Shown: in pieces, positions 1 through 11,329 of the stretch
Layout of the letters: every line of letters starts with the position of its first letter
Position numbering within the stretch: position 1 is the stretch's first letter
From: Ylistrum balloti
Lineage: Eukaryota
Direction of reading: 5' to 3'
DNA length: 64,000 bases
NCBI RefSeq assembly: GCF_031769215.1
Contig: NW_026782023.1
Span: 372,001 to 436,000, forward strand
The notes under the pieces: model-generated
What the model was told of the DNA's origin: nothing
The model's database searches: none
Seen by the model: only the letters and a program-made list of their open reading frames with translations
Translations under genes and position numbers: made by a program

Positions 1-940
1 CTTAGTCGCATCAGAAAGCGCCATGTTCCCATCCAGACCTAACTTAGTCACATCAGAAAGCGCCATGTTCCCATCCAGACCTAAGTTAGTCACATCAGAA
101 AGCGCCATGTTCCCATCCAGACCTAACTTAAGTCGCATCAGAAAGCGCCATGTTCCCATCCAGACCTAACTTAGTCACATCAGAAAGCGCCATGTTCCCA
201 TCCAGACCTAACTTAAGTCGCATCAGAAAGCGCCATGTTCCCATCCAGACCTAACTTAGTCACATCAGAAAGCGCCATGTTCCCATCCAGACCTAAGTTA
301 GTCACATCAGAAAGCGCCATGTTCCCATCCAGACCTAACTTAGTCACATCAGAAAGCGCCATGTTCCCATCCAGACCTAACTTAGTCACATCAGAAAGCG
401 CCATGTTCCCATCCAGACCTAAGTTAGTCACATCAGAAAGCGCCATGTTCCCATCCAGACCTAAGTTAAACACATCAGAAAGCGCCATGTTCCCATCCAG
501 ACCTAACTTAGTCACATCAGAAAGCGCCATGTTCCCATCCAGACCTAACTTAGTCACATCAGAAAGCGCCATGTTCCCATCCAGACCTAACTTAGTCACA
601 TCAGAAAGCGCCATGTTCCCATCCAGACCTAAGTTAGTTCAGAAAGCGCCATGTTCCCATCCAGACCTAAGTTAAACACATCAGAAAGCGCAATGGAACC
701 ATACAGACCTAACGTAGACACATCAGAAAGCGCCATGTTCCCATCCAGACCTAACTTAGTCACATCAGAAAGCGCCATGTTCCCATCCAGACCTAACATA
801 GACAAATAACACACCGCCATGTTCCCATCCAGACCTATAGTTCAGAAAGCGCCACATCAGAAAGCGCCATGTTCCCATCCAGACCTAACTTAAGTCGCAT
901 CAGAAAGCGCCATGTTCCCATCCAGACCTAACTTAGTCAG
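1..940. repeat. 42-bp minisatellite (GTCACATCAGAAAGCGCCATGTTCCCATCCAGACCTAACTTA)n, about 22 units, open at the window edge
   Basis: Periodicity read directly. Occasional 43-bp and truncated units shift the frame, so the MALSDVTKLGLDGN and MFPSRPNLVTSESA ORFs are repeat artefacts. Confidence 0.97.
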
Positions 941-1034
941 ATCATAAGGTAACGTGTTCTGATTAAGAATCAGTCTGGTCATATCAGTAAGAAACAGGTT
1001 CCCTTCACGAACTAACAAAACAGTTCTACTTACG

Positions 1035-1437
1035 GGAGTTACCCATTCTAATTACATGACTGACCCGTTCTAATTACATGACCGACCCGTTCTAATTACA
1101 TGACTGACCCGTTCTAATTAAGGAAGTGACCAGTTCTAACTACGGGAGTGACCAGTTCTAACTACGGAGTGACCAGTTCTAACTACGGGGGTGACCAGTT
1201 CTAACTACGGGGGTGACCAGTTCTTACTACAGGAGTGACCAGTTCTAACTACGGGAGTGACCAGTTCTAACTACGGGAGTGACCAGTTCTTACTACGGGA
1301 GTGACCAGTTCTAACTACGGAGTGACCAGTTCTAACTACGGAGTAACCAGTTCTAACTTCGGGGGTGACCAGTTCTAACTACGGGAGTGACCAGCGGGAG
1401 TGACCAGTTCTAACTAAGGGAGTGACCACTTCTAATT
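1035..1437. repeat. ~22-bp minisatellite with two variants (GTTCTAATTACATGACTGACCC, then GTTCTAACTACGGGAGTGACCA)
   Basis: Direct periodicity, e.g. TTCTA at 1046, 1068 and 1090. Confidence 0.93.
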
Positions 1438-2333
1438 ATTGGAGGTATATGATGTAACTACTACAGAATTACTAGTTCTATATACGGGATATTAAAGATC
1501 GAGGGTTCAGGTTTATATCGGAAAGTGCCATGCTAGATTTTAAATTCTATCTGATAAAGGCAATCATTGCTAATATACCTTTTTATTGTACCGTCATGAT
1601 GTATTTACTGGTTCTTGTCTTAGTTAGGATAAGAGATTTAAACACTTGTGAAAGAAATAAGCCCAATGCCTAGAAAGTGTATATTTAATCATAATTTTAC
1701 TCGAATGCACTTGCGTAAAACTTCCACGTGATATGAAATAATCACTATGTTCATCAAAGGTGATTAAATTAGTAGACGATTCTTTATATTTCAACAGTAA
1801 GATGAAAAGTGTTAGAGAACTTTTTCTTTGTATGTTTTATCTAATTTGACTTTACATTTAAGCTATATATAATAATTCGTTTGATAAATCATTAACCGAC
1901 TTTATATGTTTCCAAGAAAAGATACTAATTGTCAAATCTCTATCGATCACATCAATCTGAAGCTTATCCTAACTGAACGGGATGTAGTTTATCAAGGAGT
2001 GTTTAGCATTAAATTAAAAATTCAATAAGGAAACATAGTCATCACGTTTCCAGATCCGTAGTCTCGATAAGTCTTAAGAAATATACGAAAATATAACTTA
2101 AATGATAGCAGATGGGTGGTATTATACTAACTGATCAACCAAGTGGTTCCTAATCGGGTTAACGATTTGTAAATCAGTGGGAAACAGGAAGACATGAGAG
2201 TCCCAGCAAAGAAAAACATCTGACCAAAGCTACCCCATCCCTTTGAGCTAAAGGGATATTCCATCAAACCGAAGACATCACATGGTCCTAGGTTACTAGA
2301 AATTTGTTGTTTTCTCTTGTACAGTAAACCACC

Positions 2334-5300
2334 ATGATCCGTAAGACTTAATCCGTCCATCATCAGACTGTTTTACGTCATTTGTGTCTTGTTTTACGTA
2401 TTTGTATCGTGTTTTAGGTCTCTTTGTATCGTGTTTTAGGTCTCTTTGTATCGTGGTTTATGTCTCTTTGTGTCGTGTTTTAAGTATCTTTGTATCGTGT
2501 TTTAGGTCTCTTTGTATCGTGTTTTAGTTCTCTTTGTATTGTGTTTTAGGTCTCTTTGTATCGTGTTTAAGGTCTCTTTGTATCGTGTTTTAGGTTTCTT
2601 TGTATCTTGTTTAAGGTCTCTTTGTATCGTGGTTTATGTCTCTTTGTGTCGTGTTTTAGTTCTCTTTGTATCGTGGTTTATGTCTCTTTGTGTCGTGTTT
2701 TAGTTCTCTTTGTATCGTGGTTTATGTCTCTTTGTGTCGTGTTTTAGTTCTCTTTGTATAGTTCTCTTTGTATTGTGGTTTATGTCTCTTTGTGTCGTGT
2801 TTTAGTTCTCTTTGTATCGTGTTTTAGGTCTCTTTGTGTCGTGTTTTAATTATCTTTGTATCGTGTTTTAGGTATCTTTGTATCGTGTTTATGGTCTCTT
2901 TGCCGCGTGTTTTAGGTCTTTTGTATCGTGTTTTAGGTATCTTTGTATCGTGTTTAAGGTCTCTTCGTATCGTGTTTTAGGTCTCTTTGTATCGTGTTTT
3001 AGTTCTCTTTGTGTCGTGTTTTAAGTCTCTTTGTGGCGTGTTTTAGTTCTCTTTGTATCGTGTTTAAGGTCTCTTTGTATCGTGTTTAAGGTCTCTTTGT
3101 ATCGTGTTTTAGGTTTCTTTGTATCTTGTATAAGGTCTCTTTGTATCGTGTTTATGGTCTCTTTGTATCTTGTTTAAAGTCCCTTTGTATCGTGGTTATG
3201 GTCTCTTTGTATCTTGTTGAAGGTCTCTTTGTATCGTGTTTATGGTCTCTTTGTGTCGTGTTTTAGGTCTCTTTGGATCGTGTTTATGGTCTCTTTGTAT
3301 CTTGTTGAAGGTCTCTTTGTCTCGTGTTTTAGGTCTCTTTGTATCTTGTTGAAGGTCTCTTTGTCTCGTGTTTTAGTTCTCTTTGTGTTGTGTTTTAGTT
3401 CTCTTTGTGTTGTGTTTTAGTTCTCTTTGTATCGTGTTTAAGGTCTCTTTGTATCGTGTTTAAGGTCTCTTTGTGTCGTGTTTTAGGTCTCTTTATATCG
3501 TGTTTTAGTTCTCTTTGTATCGTGTTTTAGGTCTCTTTGTGGCGTGTTTTAGTTCTCTTTGTATCGTGTTTTAGGTCTCTTTGTATCGTGTTTTAGGTCT
3601 CTTTGTATCGTGTTTTAGGTCTCTTTGTATCTTGTTTAAGGTCTCTTTGTATCGTGGTTTATGTCTCTTTGTGTCGTGTTTTAGTTCTCTTTGTATCGTG
3701 GTTTATGTCTCTTTGTGTCGTGTTTTAGTTCTCTTTGTATCGTGGTTTATGTCTCTTTGTGTCGTGTTTTAGTTCTCTTTGTATCGTGGTTTATGTCTCT
3801 TTGTGTCGTGTTTTAGTTCTCTTTGTATCGTGGTTTATGTCTCTTTGTGTCGTGTTTTAGTTCTCTTTGTGTCGTGTTTTAGGTCTCTTTGTGTCGTGTT
3901 TTAGTTCTCTTTGTATCGTGGTTTATGTCTCTTTGTGGCGTGTTTTAGTTCTCTTTGTATCGTGTTTAAGGTCTCTTTGTGTCGTGTTTTAGGTCTCTTT
4001 GTATCGTGTTTTAGTTCTCTTTGTGTCGTGTTTTAAGTCTCTTTGTGGCGTGTTTATGGTGTTTTAGGTCTCTTTGTATCTTGTTGAAGGTCTCTTTGTA
4101 CTCGTGTTTTAGTTCTCTTTGTGTGTGTAGGTCTCTTTGTATCGTGTTTTAGGTCTCTTTGTATCGTGTTTAAGGTCTCTTTGTGTCGTGTTTTAGGTCT
4201 CTTTGTATCGTGTTTTAGTTCTCTTTGTGTCGTGTTTTAGGTCTCTTTGTGGCGTGTTTTAGTTCTCTTTGTGTCGTGTTTTAGGTCTCTTTGTATCGTG
4301 TTTTAGGTCTCTTTGCATTGTATTGTGTTTTTAGGTCTCTTTGTATCTTGTTGAAGGTCTCTTTGTATCGTGTTTAAGGTCTCTTTGTATCGTGTTTTAG
4401 GTCTCTTTGTATCGTTGTTTTCTGTCTCTTTGTTTCGTGTTTTATGTCTCTTTGTGTCGTGTTTTAGTTCTCTTTGTGTCGTGTTTTAGGTTCTCTTTGT
4501 ATCGTGTTTTATGTCTCTTTGTATCGTGTTTTAGTTCTCTTTGTATCGTGTTTTAGGTCTCTTTGTATCGTGTTTTAGGTCTCTTTGTGTCGTGTTTTAG
4601 GTCTCTTTGTGAAGTGTTTTAGTTCACTATGTATCGGGTTAAAGGTCTCTTTGTATCGTGTTTAAGGTCTCTTTGTATCGTGTTTTAGTCCCTTTGTATC
4701 GTGTCTCTTTTTATAAGGTCTCTTTGTATCGTGTTTATGGTCTCTTTGTTCTTTGTTTAGGTCTCTTTGTATCGTGGTTATGGTCTCTTTGTATCTTGTT
4801 GAAGGTCTCTTTGTACCGTGTTTTAGTTCTCTTTGTGTTGTGTTTTAGTTCTCTTTGTATCGTGTTTAAGGTCTCTTTGTATCGTGTTTTAGGTCTCTTT
4901 GTATCGTGTTTTAGGTCTCTTTGTGTCGTGTTTTAGGTCTCTTTGTGTCGTGTTTTAGGTCTCTCGTGTTTTAGGTCTCTTTTGTGTGTGTTTTAGGTCT
5001 CTTTGTATTGTGTTTTAGGTCTCTTTGTATCTTGTTGAAGGTCTCTTTGTATCGTGTTTATGGTCTCTTTGTGTCGTGTTTTAGGTCTCTTTGTATCGTG
5101 TTTATGGTCTCTTTGTATCTTGTTGAAGGTCTCTTTGTCTCGTGTTTTAGGTCTCTTTGTATCGTGTTGAAGGTCTCTTTGTACCGTGTTTTACGTCTCT
5201 TTGTATCGTGTTTTAGGTCTCTTTGCATCGTGTTTTAGGTCTCTTTGTATTGTGTTTTAGGTCTCTTTGTAGTTTATGTATCTTGTTTAAGGCGTGGTTT

Positions 5301-7705
5301 ATGTCTCTTTGTGTCGTGTTTTAGTTCTCTTTGTATCGTGGTTTATGTCTCTTTGTGTCGTGTTTTAGTTCTCTTTGTATCGTGGTTTATGTCTCTTTGT
5401 GGCGTGTTTTAGTTCTCTTTGTATCGTGTTTAAGGTCTCTTTGTGTCGTGTTTTAAGTCTCTTTGTGGCGTGTTTTAGTTCTCTTTGTATCGTGTTTAAG
5501 GTCTCTTTGTATCGTGTTTAAGGTCTCTTTGTATCGTGTTTTAGGTCTCTTTGTATTGTGTTTTAGGTCTCTTTGTATCTTGTTGAAGGTCTCTTTGTAT
5601 CGTGTTTATGGTCTCTTTGTGTCGTGTTTTAGTTCTCTTTGTATCGTGGTTTATGTCTCTTTGTGTCGTGTTTTAGTTCTCTTTGTATCGTGTTTATGGT
5701 CTCTTTGTATCGTGTTTTAGTTCTCTTTGTATCGTGGTTTAATGGTCGTGTTTTTGTTCTCTTTGTATCTTGTTTTAGGTCTCTTTGTCTCGTGTTTTAG
5801 GTCTCTTTGTATCGTGTTTTAGGTCTCTTTGTATCGTGTTTAAGGTCTCTTTGTATCGTGTTTTAGGTTTCTTTGTATCTTGTATAAGGTCTCTTTGTAT
5901 CGTGTTTATGGTCTCTTTGTATCTTGTTTAAAGTCCCTTTGTATCTTGTTAAAGGTCTCTTTGTATCGTGTTTATGGTCTCTTTGTGTCGTGTTTTAGGT
6001 CTCTTTGTATCGTGTTTATGGTCTCTTTGTATCTTGTTTTAGTTCTCTTTGTATCGTGGTTTATGTCTCTCTTTGTGTTCTCTTTGTGTTTTATGTCTCT
6101 TTGTTCGTGTTTTAGTTCTCGTGTGGTTTATGTCTCTTTGTGTCGTGTTTTAGTTCTCTTTGTATCGTGGTTTATGTCTCTTTGTGTCGTGTTTTAGTTC
6201 TCTTTGTATCGTGGTTTATGTCTCTTTGTGTCGTGTTTTAGTTCTCTTTGTATCGTGGTTTATGTCTCTTTGTGTCGTGTTTTAGTTCTCTTTGTATCGT
6301 GGTATCGTATGTTTTTAGTTCTCTTTGTATCGTGTTTTATGTCTCTTTGTCTCGTGTTTAAGGTCTCTTTGTATCGTGTTTTAGTTCTCTTTGTGTCGTG
6401 TTTTAGGTCTCTTTGTGGCGTGTTTTAGTTCTCTTTGTATCGTGTTTAAGGTCTCTTTGTATCGTGTTTTAGGTTTCTTTGTTTCTTGTATATAAGGTCT
6501 CTTTGTATCGTGTTTATGGTCTCTTTGTATCTTGTTGAAGGTCTCTTTGTACCGTGTTTTAGTTCTCTTTGTGTTGTGTTTTAGTTCTCTTTGTATCGTG
6601 TTTTAGGTCTCTTTGTATCATGTTTAAGGTCTCTTTGTATCGCGTTTTAGGTCTCTTTGTGTCGTGTTTTACGTCTCTTTGTCTCGTGTTTTAGGTCTCT
6701 TTGTAAGGTCTCTTTGTATCGTGTTTAAGGTCTCTTTGTATCGCGTTTTAGGTCTCTTTGTATCGCGTTTTAGGTCTCTTTGTATCGTGTTTTACGTCTC
6801 TTTGTATTGTGTTTTATGTCTCTTTGTGTCGTGTTTAAGGTCTCTTTGTCTCGTGTTTTAGGTCTCTTTGTGTCGTGTTTAAGGTCTCTTTGTGTCGTGT
6901 TTAAGGTCTCTTTGTCTCGTGTTTTAGGTTTCTTTGTATCTTGTTGAAGGTCTCTTTGTCTCGTGTTTTAGGTCTCTTTGTGTCGTGTTTAAGGTATCTT
7001 TATATCTTGTTTAAAGTCCCTTTGTATCGTGTTTAAGGTCTCTTCGTATCGTGTTTTATGTCTCTTTGTATCGTGTTTTTCGTCTCTTTGTATCGTGTTT
7101 AAGGTCTGTTTGTATCGTGTTTTACGTCTCTTTGTATCGTGTTTAAGGTCTCTTTGTATCTTGTTGAAGGTCTCTTTGTCTCATGTTTTAGGTCTCTTTG
7201 TATCGTGATTTGGACCCCTTGTATCTTTTTTTTATCTCTGTTTTTTTAAAATAGCATCTAAAGAAGATATACCAAGGGAGGCAACTGTTGTAGCGATACT
7301 TGTCGAATCAGTATACCAAGGGAGGTAACTGTATGTATTGATACTGTTGGAGAGAAATATCTGACAATTGGGCAAAGGTTGTTAGCAGACCGGGTCTCCC
7401 CTTTTACCAGCCTATACCAAGCGTTTAGAGGCCTTAAGCGTCAGTTTTGCATGTTTATTATCTACATAGTTTATGTTAGCACTATATAGATGTAAACTTT
7501 CATAATTTCCCCAACACGTCTCTGCTATCTGTATTCATGTCGCCTCATGCACTCTTCTTTTCAAAGTTTTTTTTTCATTGCGCTACTATTTAGCAAATTA
7601 GACAAAAAGCGTAATTTTTCACACGATGACGAATGGTATGGATTTGGGGAAGTGGAGATTCTAATAGGAGACATGTGGACATGTGAAGAGAAGTGCCTTC
7701 GATGA
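2334..7705 (+). CDS. Hypothetical 62-aa protein, join(2334..2340,7255..7324,7594..7705): MIPSKEDIPREATVVAILVESVYQGSKLDKKRNFSHDDEWYGFGEVEILIGDMWTCEEKCLR
   Basis: ATG in a CCACCATG context inside a 16-nt exon (acceptor ttttctcttgtacag|2325, donor 2340|gtaaga). The next two exons have pyrimidine-rich acceptors and compatible phases (1, then 2), 189 nt in total. AATAAA at 7749-7754. No homologue recognised. Confidence 0.35.
2368..7222. repeat. 22-bp T-rich satellite (GTCTCTTTGTATCGTGTTTTAG)n, ~4.9 kb, roughly 220 units with variant sub-blocks
   Basis: Direct periodicity. The hydrophobic VSLYRVLGLF-type ORFs are artefacts of this repeat. Confidence 0.98.
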
Positions 7706-8059
7706 CAATGAAGGATTTTTCTGGATGATCCTGTTCTTTATTTGGACCAATAAATAACTTGCTTAAATACATGCATTAATTTTTTTTCAACAAAATATTC
7801 TTTCCAGAGAATTTACCAAAAAATCCCCTTCCCAGAATTTATCACAAAATTCTCCTTCACGAATATCTATGGGCATATCGTGTTCAACATTTCCCGCCAA
7901 AAATACATATTACAAAGTTCTCCGCCTTGAATATCTAGCCTCGGATCTAAATTACCACTAAATTCGATTCTTGGAAAACGTACAAAACATCTACCATAAA
8001 ATAACTACGACTAATGCCCGGAAAATCTACCCAAACATTGCGCTTCCTGAAAACCTGCT

Positions 8060-8322
8060 ACTGTAACGCTGCACACCTTAATAAGAGAGGGTTTTTTAAA
8101 AATTTTTAATCCATCCAGAAAAACTCATAAAATGGCCACGATTCCCTAACAGTAAGTGAAAACAGGTGAGAACCAGCTGTGACACGGCTATATTTAGGCA
8201 CCTTGTAAAACCTTGAAGGGTTTTGAATAGATTGATCCGCTTAATTTGTTCTTTAACTCACGCTAAATATATTTAACTGTAAAGTATAATTATACTGTTA
8301 CCGTATCCAGCATCGTGACAGT
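8060..8322. mobile_element. Possible small inverted-repeat element (MITE or solo-LTR-like)
   Basis: ACTGTAACGCTGC at 8060 matches the reverse complement of GCATCGTGACAGT ending at 8322 at 11 of 13 positions. No target-site duplication found. Confidence 0.2.
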
Positions 8323-9444
8323 TTACACTCGTTCTCAATAAACAGTTCAAATAACGATTTGTAATCGTGCATTATCGGCAATTTCAGAACAATTTCGTGG
8401 AGAAAGGATTAAGAAAAATCAAATTTCTTATCTTATTTGAAGATATCTTACAATTGATGGTTTTGAATGTTTACCAAGCATACGTAGTAACTAAATAATT
8501 TATCAAAAATATTCAAAATATTGTTATCTCTTCACAGCGATGATAACAATTAACGTTCGCTTTCTTTCCGAATAAAACCTGGAAATATGAAATATGTAAC
8601 TATTCAGGTGGGTGCTCATTATTTGTCTATTTTTATATGTTTATTATTATCGTTATTTTTTAGTTTGATTTTTATTTTTTTCATTTCTTTATCTTAGATA
8701 TAAATTATTCCCGAATAAAAGTGTTAAAAAATAACCCTATCAATACAAACTTTAAAGATAAACGAACTTCTCTAGATATTGTTATATTTGTGTAAACAGA
8801 GGATTTGAAGTCGGTATAGCGTTAGCGTTTTCGGATTAGTGTATTCCGAGTATAACCTGTTTTCTATACAAACCCATTAGTGTAGAATGAGTGAGATATA
8901 GTGGTATTCCTTAATCGTTTGACCGTTGACTCCAGGGCGGTGTGGACACACTGTGTTACATGGGTTCGTGGAAAACACAATAACTGTTGACACATTGATG
9001 GTAGAGAGATAAAGGTATGTTCTCTATGTGTCACACGTGTCATTGGATTTATAAGTTATACTTATCTACTATGTATTTATTTGTTTGTATACGTTATTTA
9101 AATTAATATACTATATTTAGATTTCTGTTAGTTTCCTTACTAAACCATATACAATATAAAATATCGTAATTTCTACACAGTATAGTAAATCCTTTGACTT
9201 TTATTTGTTTATCGAACATATATGTTTTAATGTTATATTAACTAACAGATTACACTGAGTAGAACCGGGTCTATAGCTTGTATATAGGTATAGGGGAGGC
9301 GACGTTCTCATTACACTCGAAATATACATATCGAAACTGCCGATTTAAGGGTGTGAGTGAACAATTGAACATTATTTCATAAACTACACTCTATTTACAG
9401 TTTGTTTAAATTAGACTAATTGATAAATAACTGATCCTGAGCAG

Positions 9445-10847
9445 ATACATCACTTCCATTACGACTACAGGTTACATCACCTCCATACCTACTACAGGAT
9501 ACATCACCTCCATACATCACCTCCATAACTACTACAGGATACATCACTTCCATAACTACTACAGGATATATCACCTCCATACCTACTACAAGATACATCA
9601 CCTCCATACCTACTACAGGATACATCACCTCCATACATCACCTCCATACCTACTACAGGATACATCACCTCCATACTTACTACAGGATACATCACCTCCA
9701 TACCTACTACAGGATACATCACCTCCATACATCACCTCCATAACTACTACAGGATACATCACCTCCATAACTACTACAGGATACATCACCTCCATACATC
9801 ACCTCCATAACTACTACAGGATACATCACCTCCATAACTACTACAGGATACATCACCTCCATAACTACTACAGGATACATCACCTCCATAACTACTACAG
9901 GATACATCACCTCCATAACTACTACAGGATACATCACCTCCATACATCACCTCCATAACTACTACAGGATACATCACCTCCATAACTACTACAGGATACA
10001 TCACCTCCATACATCACCTCCATAACTACTACAGGATACATCACCTCCATACATCACCTCCATAACTACTACAGGATACATCACCTCCATAATTACTACA
10101 GGATACATCACCTCCATACATCACCTCCATAACTACTACAGGATACATCACCTCCATACATCACCTCCATAACTACTACAGGATACATCACCTCCATAAC
10201 TACTACAGGATATACATCACCTCCATACTTCACCTCCATAACTACTACAGGATACATCACCTCCATAACTACTACAGGATACATCACCTCCATAACTACT
10301 ACACCACCTCCATAACTACTACAGGATACATCACCTCCATACATCACCTACTACATATACATCACCATAACTACTACAGTATACATCACCTCCATAACTA
10401 CTACAGGATACATCACCTCCATACATCACCACCATAACTACTACAGGATACATCACCACCATAACTACTACAGTATACATCACCTCCATAACTACTACAG
10501 GATACATCACCTCCATAACTACTACAGGATACATCACCTCCATACATCACCTCCATAACTACTACAGGATACATCACCTCCATACATCACCTCCATAACT
10601 ACTACAGGATACATCACCTCCATAACTACTACAGGATACATCACCTCCATAACTACTACAGGATACATCACCTCCATACTTACTACAGGATACATCACCT
10701 CCATAACTACTACAGGGTACATCACCTCCATACATCACCTCCATAACTACTACAGGATACATCACCTCCATACATCACCACCATAACTACTACAGGATAC
10801 ATCACCACCATAACTACTACAGTATACATCACCTCCATAACTACTAA
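9445..10847. repeat. Minisatellite of 27-bp units (ATACATCACCTCCATAACTACTACAGG) interspersed with extra 13-bp ATACATCACCTCC modules
   Basis: Direct periodicity. The MEVMYPVVV ORFs are artefacts. Confidence 0.97.
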
Positions 10848-11329
10848 AGTATTTGTCGCCCTCAATAAGATTTACTGACAGACATAAGTGCAGTGTCTTT
10901 CGTTTTACAGCTATTTTCAGTTAGGATTTCTTTCACCTGTTCACTTAAGACTACAATTAATATATCAGCTGTAGAAAACATTGTCAATGTATTCTCACGT
11001 CAAATGGAGACCATTGACCAGATAATGTTTGTCTTTCCCTGGTGTTATAATAGGACAAAGCTAGATAACTGACTGTGTACCCAGATCCACACAACACAAC
11101 AATGGATATATCTAACAAATCGTAACAAGTATATACAGAAGTGTGTGTTGTCTGGTTGAAAGGTAATAATTTTGAAGGATAATTCTCACCCTGGTGCTGT
11201 AATGAAATGTAATACATGGGTCTATAGGTATTCAGCTAGGATCGGTGACACTGAATAAGGTACTCTCATGTAAACAAGTAAATATCTGCTCACAAATAAA
11301 CCATTGAATATCGTATACTGAAGTAAACC

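Noticed and set aside
213-820. Repeat-peptide ORFs (MALSDVTKLGLDGN, MFPSRPNLVTSESA) as a repetitive protein
   Set aside because: 43-bp and truncated units break the frame, all + frames stop before the candidate donor near 948, and no non-repeat domain is attached.
2127-2363. 78-aa hydrophobic minus-strand ORF
   Set aside because: No usable minus-strand acceptor tract and no recognised homology; splice signals here point to the + strand.
2512-6861. Membrane-protein-like ORFs in the 22-bp satellite
   Set aside because: The hydrophobicity comes from the T-rich repeat, and the frames shift constantly.
7703-7753. Selenoprotein or readthrough reading (CLR-TGA-Q-TGA-RIFLDDPVLYLDQ-TAA) and PAN/apple-like Cys spacing
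   Set aside because: No convincing SECIS was seen downstream, AATAAA overlaps the TAA, and the similarity is too short to support.
10984-11217. 77-aa minus-strand ORF between two arrays
   Set aside because: No recognised homology and no phase-compatible upstream exon identified.
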